Assembly (NCBI RefSeq): GCF_902652985.1
Contig: NC_047022.1
Coordinates: 19,282,001-19,346,000 of the forward strand
Reading direction: 5' to 3'
DNA length: 64,000 nt
DNA from: Pecten maximus
Lineage: Eukaryota
Shown piece by piece: positions 51,809 through 64,000 of this stretch (positions are counted from its first letter, which is position 1; the number at the start of each line of letters is the position of its first letter). The position numbers and the translations under genes were made by a program. The notes under the pieces are model-generated. The model was not told where the DNA came from and did not search any database. It saw only the letters and a program-made list of their open reading frames with translations.

Positions 51809-54800
51809 TTTCAATATACCCCTATGACATCAACTGAATGACATTGGCTTACTGTTTCTAAAGATTCCCTTTTTATACCGCGTACATTTCTCTGTGTCAC
51901 GTGATCTTGTGCCATGGAAACTAGACAGCATCACACCAACCTGACACAATGTCACATGATCTGTTGGCTTGGAAACATGACAACATCACATACGCAAACA
52001 CACACTTAACCCCTTTACCAAGGAGGTATCGATTGCCAATCAGCGCGGCCTTAAACAGAGTCTTTAGATACTGTAGGTCCTTGATAAATAACACTAATTA
52101 TGAATGTGATGAAAGATATTCTTTAAATTTGTAGTAAAGCTAGGAGAATGGATATTTCATAGTATTAGATATAAATATAAATATGTTTTAACAAAAAGTA
52201 TATATATTATGAATTTATGTATCGTATGTGTTCTATCTCTCATTTTAAACAGCACTTTTTGTTTCCACCTTAAGTGATACTTAGTTCTCTCAGTTATCAT
52301 GCCACATTTAAATACCCTTTTTCTTTTCTTTTTCTTTCCTTTCAATTGCATCTGTTCTAATCATTTCTTCAGATAATGCTAGTCTTTCTTTCACTCTTTA
52401 TCACTTTCATTTTTTTTTCAAGCTTATCCAAGTCTGCGGCAAGAATAGGTTTCTTATATTGCCCTATCACATTTGAACTTCTCACAGTAAACCATAAGTA
52501 TGTCTTACCAAATTTTGCACCATCTTACATGATTATCATCACCCTATTTTACCACTCTATGACATTGTTACTATCTAATCTTAAACTGCCTATCGCATTA
52601 AGAATATGCCGAGTGAAGTACGACATATTTGCAGAAAATATTGAATATGCATTTTCCGTTTGAAAAACTGGGCGGACAGTTTACATTTTGTATTTTTATG
52701 ATGTTAATTTACATTAAATATTTTTATTACAATCATTATTCTTGTCTGGTTTTACGTTATCTTCAGCACTATTTTTTACGCGAAACAACATGGTCCAAAC
52801 CTGTTATCTTAACACTTAACAAAAATGTCTTTTTAGTTATATCGAAGATTCTTTTAAAAACGTGTGGTAGTTTCCTTACCATCGATATCCGTTACTAGGC
52901 TATTTGAATACTCCATGCACTTCAAGATGAGGGCGTGTAGCCGATTCTGTGTCAGCCGGAGGGCGTTTTTTGGTATTTGAGAACAAATGTTATAACCGTT
53001 TTCTATTGAAACAAAGCCTTATTCAATGAGTGATGATATTTTCAATAATCTTTAAAATATGATGATGAAAATAAAGTTTCTTTCTTCCCTTTCTAAAATA
53101 TTCATATAAAGACAAGACGCCATGTACATAATTAATCTTTAATACAATAACAATAAACATGTGCACACTATAATTGATTTTCATATAAATTCAGGTAGAC
53201 TAACCTGAGTCAACATCACAGAATTTTACAGAATGATTTATGTCGAGCAAATAGGATTAACATGGTTTTCATTTTCTAGGATATACCCAATTTCTAGTCC
53301 TGTAAGTCTCCATAAATTGGAAAGATATGTTCATCATTAAACCATTGTTACAGTAGACATCACAAGTAGAAATCTGTGGCAATGGTGAAATGTCTTCTCT
53401 TGTGATAATATACATTCCATGTACACAACTTAATAATGGCCGATCCCTTTTAATTCATTTTGTGATATTTTCTGTCACTTTCTACAGTATAACCTTCAGG
53501 GAACGATTATTTTATATTTTTTTCAATAATTTTGATTTAATGATTCTTGTTTTATTTTAACCGTAGATGTTTTCAACTTATGTAGTTCATTCGAAGAAAA
53601 ATATTTGAATAAAACTAAATTTGGTTGCATTATTATGAAGAGATAAAGAGTCTAGAGTCCAGCTATTATAAAGTATAGTCAGCTTATAGCCTTCTATCTT
53701 ATTCATTATTTCCGAAGAAACCTCTTTAGACCTATATGGATTAGAAAATATAGATATACAGTGTTCACAATCTAAAATCCTTTGATTTGGTGATAACGTT
53801 TGATGTTGTGAAATACCTTTCTAATGTAAACGAGCCGCTGGCTGAAAGGGAATAAAAACTGATACAAAAGTATCTTACAACAATACAAGGGAAGATAAGT
53901 AAAAAGTGCTACGAGAACTATTATTGATATGGTGTTATCTTGTTCTTCGTATTTACATACATTTTCACTTAATATAAAAGGTAATGAGGCTGAAAACATT
54001 GTTGAACCTCGTTCACCTGGCAACCACTGATCCGGTAAATTACACTGTTGAGTCAATATTCTAGGAATCAGATAACTTTAAAATCGGCCTGGTTATTAAA
54101 CCATCTCATATAAGTAATTATATGCATGCATACTATATATGATAATTGGTCATTTGCTTTTCGGGTTAAAAAGTTCTGCTCAATTATCATTCATCTAACT
54201 TTAGTTTCTGCTTATTGTTTTTAACGCTACTTTGGTGCGCAATCATCCTTGCGCTTGTCAGTTATGCTTACTTTTATGTTGCAAAATGGTTCACAGTATT
54301 CGATCAACATGAGATTATCTGGAGGTGGACTGTGTGGTTTTGACTTTATGACTGTTTTTGACTTGTGACTATACATTCTTCGGTAAAAAACGTAAGCTTC
54401 ATATGAAAGCAAACACAAGATGGCCAAGAAAGAAGCGCACCATTTGTATCCATTGCTATGACTAATTGCTTTTGGTGGCTTTTGTGTTTATCACGAGAAA
54501 TACAACATTTAGTTCAATCTTTGAAGTTTCTTTCGGTTGGTTTCACGAGAATAATGAAATCGACTGGATTTTGTGTGTGTGTGTTTGTTTTTGTTTTTTA
54601 GTTTTTTTTGGCGGGGCGGGGGGGGGGGGGGGGTATTTTTTGTGCCGTCTTCAATTAACTCTGTTGCTTTAAAGAACACCCAAACTTTCTAGTTCAAAGC
54701 TAGAAATACTCGGTACTTAATTATTTATTTCATTTACATACAATAATAAAGAGTTAAAAGTATTGTAATTCGCTCACCTCTGGCCACGGTTACCAGGTTA

Positions 54801-55591
54801 TTTAACGACTTCCTGTGCTACCAGTCGAGAATGGTTTACACGTGACTTACCCGCGGAATCTTGTTTAACCATGGGATTTAAATACATGGGATTAAAACTA
54901 AATTGAAAAAACGAAAAGAAGAAGATACCTTTACAATGTAAATTAATGACGAATGAATGTAGGTTGATCAATATGGCTCAACACTACGTGGCACGTGGTT
55001 AGAGATCAGCGCCAAATTTGAGATAATGGAATTTTTTCTCTGATGATTAAGGTTCCGTGACTTATGTTTCTCGATTTATTGGAAAGATGGCTTGAACGGA
55101 ATATAAACTAATGCAAATTATTTTTTTCACAATACAATGGCTGATGGGCAAAACTGCAATTGCACGAACTTTTATTGATATGGTGTGATCTTGTTCTTGG
55201 TCTTTACTTATCATTTTACTTAACATCAAAGATAATGAGGCCAGGAAACATTGTCAAACCTTGTTCGCCTAGTACTCCCTGATCCAGTAAATTGCTATAT
55301 TCGGTCAATATTCTAAGAACATATTAATACCCAGTCGGTCTGGTAATCCTATCATCTCACGATGGTGGCGGTTTATATTGCAATATACATTGTAATTGAT
55401 ATTTTTACTGATTACTAATTAGCCAGGTAAACTAATATCTTCGTCATCAGTAACACTGAAAAGTTATGGAATAACGGGAACGGTATTTTATCGTCGCTTT
55501 CTTTGTTGGCGATACTTTTTCTCACTAATCATTAGTGACATGACATTTTTTATAGGTGATGGTGATAAAACTATTCTATAAAGCTTACAAT

Positions 55592-55636
<45 letters not shown>

Positions 55637-57944
55637 CAAAAAACTAACACAAGTTGGAGAGATGAGCACATTTAGTTATCATGGGAAATACATGTACATA
55701 TAGAGGTACAATATATTGTATACTACAGTTCAATATTTGAAGTTCCTTTTACACACAAATATCAAGATTTTAAAAGGAGTATGGTAATTCGCTCGCCTCT
55801 GGCCATGCTTATCATTCCATTTAATTATTTCCTGTGCTACCAGTCGAAGAAGCGTAACAGATGATTTACCGGCGGAGGATTTACAACATTTGTGAATATG
55901 AATATATGAATATCAATATAACCTCAATATAACATGTACATATTTTATCTTTGATACAAAAACGGTATCCGACATAATTGATTTACAAATAAATGACATA
56001 ATTTTACGGAATTATTTTCAGAACCTTTAGTAAATTTGATGATTTCTTTTTAGAGGGTGTATCTAATTTCGAGTCCTATTTTCTCGATAATTGGAAATAA
56101 ACTTTTAACATCAAATTATTGTTACAGACATCACAAACAGGAATAAAGTAACAATGATGAAATATATTATCTCATGATAGTACACCTTTATGCACACAAC
56201 TTAATCATGGCCGACCTTTTTAATACATTTTGTCGCATGTCTGCACTGTCATCTTTCCTAGTGTAATCGGGGTTTCACGTGACGATTGCTTTAATATTTT
56301 CTACCAACAACTATTGATTTTATGATCTTTTCTTTTTCTTTTTACTGCAAATGTATTTTATTTTGTGACATTTTCTGCACTGTCACCTTTTACAGAATTA
56401 TCAAGTTTTCAGGTGACGATTATCTTATTTGTTTTCAGCAATTTTGATTTAATGATTTTTGTTTTATTTCAACTGTGAATGTTTTCAACTCGCTTATGTA
56501 TTTCATTTGAGGGGAAATATTTGAATACAATTTAACAGTTTGGCTATGCACACAATACTTTATATTTTCTGATTAGGAGTATTTGCTAATGACGAGACCA
56601 CCTTGGCTTTGATTACAGTATGATATAGAGATCAGAGAGTTCGGAGTCAAGGTATGTAAAGTATGGTCAGCTTACGAGTAATAAGCAAGATATCTGAAAA
56701 TTAATTTTGAGTAGTATCTGAACATTTAGAAAATCAACGTGTATTTTTTTTAATTCATTGTTTTCGAGGTAGCCTCTTTAGATCATTACCGAATGAAACC
56801 CACAGAAGATTAACTTTTGTCTTAAGCTAACATAACGATAGTTTGATAAGTAGTATATACCCTGTTACAAAGTGATTACATTCAAAATCCTTTAATCTGG
56901 GGCTAAGATAGCTTTTAACGTAACAAAAAGGTATTAAGGCTAAGAACCATTGTTAAACATTGTTCACCCGACAACTAATGACCTGATCAATTTCACTACT
57001 CGGCCAATTCTATGAAACATATTAGGCTTTATACAGTTGAACTAGTAATCCAAACAACTAAAACGTGACTGTGTACATTATAAATGAGATTTTCCCTTAG
57101 AAATAGTGTGCCAGGTAGCATAAAATATAGGGTTATTACTTTCTAGTCAGTAAAGATAAAAAAAAAAAAAGGAAGAGAGAAAAATATCAAATTAAGAGAA
57201 TATTTCATCGCCATACACAATGTTTGCGACATCGTGCACATTTACAACTATTAATAGTGGCACGTTATTGGTTTTTTTTATGGATGATGATGATGACGAC
57301 GACGACGACGACGATGATGATTTGTTTTACTTTAAAAAGTAACGTATTTCTTCATGATTATTGTTATGCAACTTAACGAAAATGTGTCGATGCTGGTGGC
57401 ATGTATCTTGACGTCAGCGCTTTACGACTAAAAACAGTCCTCTTAATCATGATTCAGCTACGTGTACTTTCTGTGTACGGTTGTAACGACTGTTTTGGAT
57501 GTGCGCAAAATCTTAATCTCGCTAACTTGTCTAAATTCCGTTATACTTTTACAGTTTAGCTCGAGGGAAAAATCCGTTTGCAGTATTCGATCAGCATGAG
57601 GATATCTAGAGGTTTTGGCAAGGACTTTTATTTGTTATCTCTTTTGATATGAAAAAAAACCCAATAATAGACATGTAGGTTATGATTTAATTACAGATAA
57701 ATTATTAAGGTCAATTTATACGACTCAAAACCACGTGACACGTGGAAAGAGATTAGAGTCCAACCTAAGATAATATTTTTGGTTAAGACAAGTTCCAGTA
57801 TTATACTTCTCCATAAACCCTTGCAAACCGCAAACATCTGGGAAAGAGATCAGTAACAACTTGATTTTACATCATTTCAACATGAAACTGCTTTCTCTAG
57901 ATATTTATTGTGGTATTTAATTCTGTGAGAATTATAGGAAGATA

Positions 57945-58570
57945 ACTTTGCAAAGATGTCATCTTTTCTTTTATTGCATTTTTGCCAGTGAAATATAGAA
58001 AATTATCAAACTAATAAAACTTATATTTTCACTGCAGCGATGAGCAGTGAAAATATAAGTTTTCCGTTTTTGACCAATCAGAGCGGACCTTTGTATTCAC
58101 CTCATTGAAACTTACCGACTTTTCTAATCGAAGCTGAGGTAGATCAATTGGTTATTTTGCTGTATTTCTGAAAATTTCATACAAGTTTTCGACAAAATAC
58201 GTTAGCTATCCATGCACAGATTCTCTTATAACAGCAGAAGACGTTTAAATTGCTTTGATAAGGCCTTTCAAAATGGCGCCGTCAAGTTGACGTGGAGCTA
58301 CGTTACAAAGAGATGACGTCATTACTCATTCCCGCATTTTTTGACACTATTAATTGTTCGATGTTTTTAATTTTGTTTTTAAATTGATGAAATGCAATAA
58401 AAAGAAAATTGAATGGTTTTCTGTTTAATATAACGTATATTTCACTCGTATGACAGAATATTTCGATATTTTTCACTCGTGCTTCGCACTCGTGAAAATA
58501 TCGATATTCTGTCATACTCATGAAATATATGTCATATTAAACGGGAAACCATTCCATATCCTCTATATAT
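57945..58570. mobile_element. Probable non-autonomous Crypton-like element
   Basis: Hairpins ATTTTCACTGCAGCGATGAGCAGTGAAAAT and ATTTTTCACTCGTGCTTCGCACTCGTGAAAAT, internal inverted segments, and terminal ATATCCTCTATAT. The architecture resembles invertebrate Crypton derivatives as recalled. Confidence 0.5.
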
Positions 58571-59953
58571 TCGACCTGTAACACTGTTATTGCATTCCGA
58601 AGTAAAATTTCGCGCTGCCAAAGGATCCAATTCATGAAATGTAACAGAACAGATACAAGCGATCGTTCTCGGAAACATATAATTTGCTGAAATACGCACA
58701 AAATCATACATTGAATTTCATCATTTCAATGCATCCCGCCGTGCGGATATTCAACCTTTATACAACAGAACTACATATATTGTGAGCTACATTGATCATT
58801 CAGGAGTGTAGTCCGTTAGCACGAATTTCCTCAAGTCAAAATATATTTAATATAGTGACATTGACAAAACGTCTTATTTACTAATGACCTCAGGAATATT
58901 TATTTTCATTTCATTATACCAATTGGAATAATGTCAAATTCATGATTTGAAAACTTTCTATTTAGTAAGCTACGTAGTATATAGCGACAACATGGCAGAT
59001 CAATGGCATCATTATACAATTATCCGTCTATTGGCTCGTTCCCTAAATAATCCAATCGATATAAGGAAAGTACCATAACTGTTTTTATTATATTTCGGTA
59101 TCAAAACCAGAGCTTAAGGTATGATCCCGTGCCATTTTAACTGCAACTTATTCCATAACATTCAGAACAACATCATAAATACTGCATCTTTGATAAAACG
59201 TCATGTTGCACTCTTTTGCAACTTAACCGAATGTTTCTTACAACTCTGATTGTCTGAATTTACGCGTTGTCAAAGAACACTCGCACGAACTTGCAGTTCG
59301 GTGTTGCATGAAATAACACGTAATCGGATTTAGACCAATCAGCAATTGATACAAAACTGAAAATGTAATAAATATCATTGTTGAACAAAACTTAATGCTG
59401 ATTGAGATCGATAGCATTTTCTGAACTACCACCTTACGAGATGGATTATTATACTGTCAGATACTGACCGTAGGCCGGTGGTTTTTCTCCGGGTACTCCG
59501 GCTTTCCTCTACCTCCAATGATTTTTAATGATGGTAGATTTAGTACTTTTCACGAGATATGCTATTGATGGTTAAAACTATATCATTGTTGTCATTCTTA
59601 GACAAGATATCTGAGAGAACAACTGCATCCTTAAAGAGGTCGATTTTATTCTGATATAAATATACCTTTTCAGGCACATATTGAATTGATTGACCAAAAT
59701 ATATTTATTTCAAAATCAAAAGTCCATTTATTCCACTGCTGGGGATGAAATGTTGTCAAATTTTTATCAATAATAAGAATGAAGTAAACATTTGGATAAA
59801 GTTTAAGTTGAACAAGTACTGGAACCAGTAATATAACGATGTTGATTAGGAATAACTGACGGAATTAAGAAATGTCGATATCATAAAACCTTGCTGTTTA
59901 TCTTTTTGATAGCGTATAAATTTTATAAGATGATTAATCGATTCTCGACATAC

Positions 59954-62768
59954 TTATTTCATGCACACTACGCAACTTATATATTTGTTTTCCTTGTATG
60001 GCGGACATCGCAGAGAGCCACAGAACGCTTTAACTCCATAAAAAAGTGCACCGTCGTCGTTTGTGTTACCTCCACCAACAAGAGGCTGCGCATGCTCATC
60101 TACACACAAATATTCTGTAGCAGCTGCATGACCATAGTGCCCTGAAGTCAGTGACCCGCCATACGCCTTCGTCCAGCCGCTGTAGCATGTCGTCCTCGCC
60201 GGTATCATCACAGATGAGGCAAAATACTTAGATCTACAGACTGCACATGGGATTTCCTCGTTGTGTGAGTCGTCCCCAAATAGTGTATGGCCACTGGAAG
60301 ATTCGTACTCCGCCCCATAAATCCTTCCCGTATAATCATCTGGGACGACTGTTGTCTGTAACCATTCTGGATCAGGTGGCAGACAGAGGCGATCTGCTGC
60401 TGCTCCGGTGTCATAATACCATGAACCTCCAGCATAACCTAAAATTAAGAATAACAAGCCTTGGCGAACTGCAGTCTCTCAAGTGGATGTTGAATCATAT
60501 GCCAAGAATACATTAATTGAGACTTTGCGGGTCAAAGATAGAAATATAGACAAGAGTGATTTACTTTTGATGCAACACAACGCCTCACCAGGGTGAACCA
60601 AAGTTTCAAGTATGGAGCTCCAGTGACAAGAAATGTTGGATAGAACCCATACTCAATTTTTTCATTGATATAGGTCAAAGGGCAAAAATGAAAGTCAGAG
60701 TGACCTACTTTTGATACACAATACATCGCCTCATCTAGGTGAATGCATGTTAATCTAAACCCCAATTATGAAGTTCCAGTAAAAAGTAGTGTAGGAGATA
60801 GAGACCAAACATTTTTATGTCGGTCAAAGGTGAAAATTTAGGTCACATTGACCAAATTTTGAAATTAACAAACCACTTCATCTAGGTGAATGCACGTCTC
60901 AACGATGGAAAATACCAGTATCCAGTAGCGTAGGAAATATAGCCCGAACAAGGTAATGTGCGGACGGACAAAGACGGTCGGCGGAACGAACGGCCAAAGT
61001 CGACTAGTGGGGTGTAGTGTTTTGTCTGTGGACTTGTGGGGTGCACTCCGCAAGTCGATCAGAATTTCAAAATCTGTTTTTATTTCTGTTCATTCCGTCG
61101 CTAAAAACACATGCGCAGATATACTGACGTCACTGAATCGGTGAATACACCCTACAGGGAGTTTGAGTGAGTAAGGACGGACAGACAGACATAATGCAAA
61201 ACTATAGTCCCCCAGTTACCGAAGGGAGACAAATATCGGTACGGTTCTGATGATGTCAATTCTTCCTATTGCTAGGCTGAGTGTTAAAGACGCTACAAAG
61301 AATCATTCTAATCGATCGGAAACTATATAACGCTATCAATGCCTTTCAAGAGTTTGTTTTACATTATATTTTAAATATAAACTGGATAAACAATGAATTG
61401 CATCCAAAAGAAATTATACTGTGTTCCTTCTCTATCTTATATATATATATAGATGACTCTATACAACGACCAATCCCGACTCTTGTCATATAAAACGATG
61501 TGCATTAAAACAGTATATAATGAGTTTAAGTTCACAATGTTGACCCTAAATGACGTTATATGTATTATTCCAGTTTAATTACCTACATACCAGAATATAC
61601 AAGCTCCGTCAAGTTGGCGGGACAATCGGTCCGTCCCCAGCGCACAAATGATGCTCCTCCTCCTTAAGATATGAAAAGAAGACAAATTAGTCACCAACAT
61701 TTCTGATAAATTATATAAATTGAAGTTAAATTGTGCATAATTTGATAGGTTAAATAAAACAAATGTCATAAATTACGAATATGACAAAAATATTTACCCT
61801 GATGTACCTGAGACAGTTGTTTGAGGTACTCGATTTCTCTAGCCTGGCTCTGGGTCTCTGGTGATGGTAAAAGAGTAAAAATAATAATCATAATTGTTTT
61901 CAATATAATGCAATGTATATGATCTCGTCTGGGCCATTAAAAGTAAAGATTAATGTTCGTTTGTTTTTGTTTTTACAAGAGTCATGAGGACATTGTCAAT
62001 GAGACATCGAATGGCTCAGTGTCATATGAGGACGGGTGTCAAGGAGACATCCTATGGTCTAGGATCATATGGGGAGGGTTTTCATGGTGACATCCTCTGA
62101 TTCATGATCATATAAGGACGGGTGTCAAGGAGATCACCTATGATCAAGGGTCATATGAGGACGATGTCAAGAAGACACATTATGATCCAGGATCATATGA
62201 GGACGGGTGTCAAGGAGATACCGAATGAGCCATAGTTTTAAATGCAAAGTATCTTAAGCTTACTGAGGACTTGCATGAAATCGGATCAAACTGATTTGAT
62301 ATTAAGAAGTATGAAAACACAAAACCAATCGCATGCTGACAAATCAGATATATTGCATTACTCGTATTCGGTATTGTCCTTCATATGACGTCATTGAATC
62401 TGACGTCATTAAGTTTATGTGATAATAAACTATCTGTTAATTTCAAAAGATTGTTATAAACCATCACCAACCCCTCTAAAACTTAGTAACTTACCATTGT
62501 TTGAATACGAGAGTTGTTGCTCCAACGAAGATATTTTAACATTCTGTGACTGTACCGTTGTCTGCAGGGTCTGCAATTCACCATTCTGTGATTGTACCGT
62601 CGCCTGTAGGGTCTGTAGCTCACTCTGTAGGTGGGTCATCTGTTGTTGGACGTAGTCGGGGTCACTCAGGAGAATCCTCTTGTCATGGTTGCTAAAACAA
62701 CTACCACAAACTAACATAAAATACAAGACGTTGATCACCAAATGTGCTCGTCCGTACTTACAAGCCAT
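59954..62768 (-). CDS. Secreted short-chain collagen C4-like protein (signal peptide, coiled coil, spongin/C4 NC1-like domain), 3 exons, 276 aa
   Basis: Exons 62495-62768, 61591-61662 and 59954-60438, with phase-1 GT-AG introns and a total of 831 nt. Family motifs FVRWGRTDCP, LVYSGYAGGSWY, LCLPPDP, IYGAEYE, PCAVC, MIPARTTC..GWTKAY.G.L and CGSLRCPPY...CVVC.K are present. Confidence 0.9.
60530..61232. mobile_element. Decayed Helentron/HINE-type element in the intron of the C4-like gene
   Basis: Two to three diverged ~160-170 bp repeats (GCCTCA..AGGTGAA), a GGACGGACAGAC microsatellite and the terminal ACTATAGTCCCC...GGGAGAC hairpin. Confidence 0.6.
61978..62235. repeat. Degenerate ~48-bp minisatellite related to the 27975-29030 array
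   Basis: Core TCATATGAGGACGGGTGTCAAGGAGACA repeated about 5 times. Confidence 0.8.
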
Positions 62769-63379
62769 TTTTACGGCTACGGCCTGTCTTCGCTTCACTG
62801 ATGTTATCAGGAAATGACAAAATGTCACAAACGGTTCCCAGTCAGTTGATAGGAGTGCTACCGGCTGTGCATCCTCTGGATTTGTCCCACGTTCCTAGTT
62901 TACATTATCAAAGATAACGTAATATTTAGGAGGTAATATTATTTTCGCACTTTTCGCAAAATGTTATTCCACTTTCTAAGATTTTTGTATACTATTTCAA
63001 CTTTAAATGATGTTAATACGCCGATTCATTATCATTCCTATATCTGAAAGCACCTATTACTTTAGATTTCGCCCTCCCTCAGGAAACGGGATTCGTCATA
63101 TGAATAATTAAATATACCAATGATAAAGCACGAGCCTATACCATCAAGTATGCTGTTTTTGTACATAACTGGGTAAAAACATTGTGAACTTCGAATATTG
63201 CTTGTTAACATGACCATGCTCGAATTATTACGAAGAAAGCCAAATCGAGTATATGGTTCGTCATGAAATTAATTAAGCATTAAGTATTTGAGCATGTCCT
63301 TCTTCACTTTTACCCGGAACAACAGCAGTGCATCCTCGTGGTTTGGAGAGTAAATACCAGTGTCATTTGAGGACGAACA

Positions 63380-64000
63380 ATGTGAAGATAAAAACAATGA
63401 ATTAGAAAACCTTAGAAAAACTAAGATGAAGGGAAACATGATTCGAGCTAAAGTAGCATGGCTAGATGATGGGGGGAAAAACCATGATGATTTTTTTTGT
63501 AATTTAGAAACCTATAACTACATATATAGAAAACTATCAATAAAATACTGATCAGAAAGAAATTCTTGAAGAAGTTCAAAATTTCTACAAATCTCTATAT
63601 GTAGATCATTCGGATTCTATCGAGGATGTAAATCTGGATCATTTCTTAAACGGTTTTGACATTGTTAAATTATGTGACACACAGAAGGAAAAGCTAGAGG
63701 AGGAATAAACTGTAACAGAATTGCTGTTTGCTTTAAAAAATATGAAGATTACAAATCACCAGGTTCAGATAATTTTACAAATGAATTTTTATTGTTTGGA
63801 GGGATACATATTAAACATTTCATTGTGAGATCACTAAATTTAGGCTTCACAAAAGGGGAATTATCTGTCACACAAAGACAGGGTATCATCACTTGTTTAC
63901 CAAAGGGAGATAAAGCTAGACATTAAAAAAATGGAGACCAATCACTTTGCTAAACGTTATTTATAAATTAGCATCAGCATGTATAGCAAATAGACTAAAA
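63380..64000 (+). mobile_element. Degraded L1/Tx1-type LINE ORF2 fragment (runs off the window)
   Basis: Broken frames GNMIRAKVAWLDDG..FFCNLE, DQKEILEEVQNFYKSLY, KSPGSD.F.NEF, GELSVTQRQGIITCLPKGDK and WRPITLLNVIYKLASACIANRLK. Confidence 0.9.

Larger units (their letters stand above)
44799..56600. repeat. Head-to-tail tandem segmental duplication, units ~44799-50670 and ~50669-56600
   Basis: Near-identical collinear sequence at an offset of ~5870-5930 bp. The junction GACGAGAC-CA-TGATAGC joins the unit end (compare 56591-56600) to the GPCR CDS interior (compare 44799) via a CA microhomology. Confidence 0.95.

Overview
Eukaryotic, AT-rich genomic DNA, most likely from a mollusc and probably a bivalve (inferred from the repeat families and gene types). 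It is not prokaryotic and has no CRISPR array or rRNA gene. Four protein-coding genes, all on the minus strand, are supported. (1) An 11-coding-exon GLT1D1 glycosyltransferase orthologue at 16857-30559 (352 aa), assembled by hand from GT-AG exons with consistent phases. (2, 3) Two intronless class A peptide-receptor-like GPCRs at 44703-45938 and 50630-51808, produced by a recent ~5.9 kb tandem duplication. The breakpoint lies inside the CDS, so the second copy has a new, shorter C-terminal tail. (4) A 3-exon secreted short-chain collagen C4-like protein at 59954-62768. The rest is a mosaic of repeats: a Harbinger-type element with a nested Helentron-type satellite carrier, LINE fragments (CR1/L2-like, RTE-X-like, Tx1-like), V-domain SINEs, MITEs and five large minisatellite arrays. 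The most unusual observations are the tail-swapped GPCR paralogue, 32-40 bp palindromic insertions with 7-bp target-site duplications, and a 16-bp minisatellite that appears to have arisen from a LINE coding motif. Family names come from recalled motifs, not database searches.
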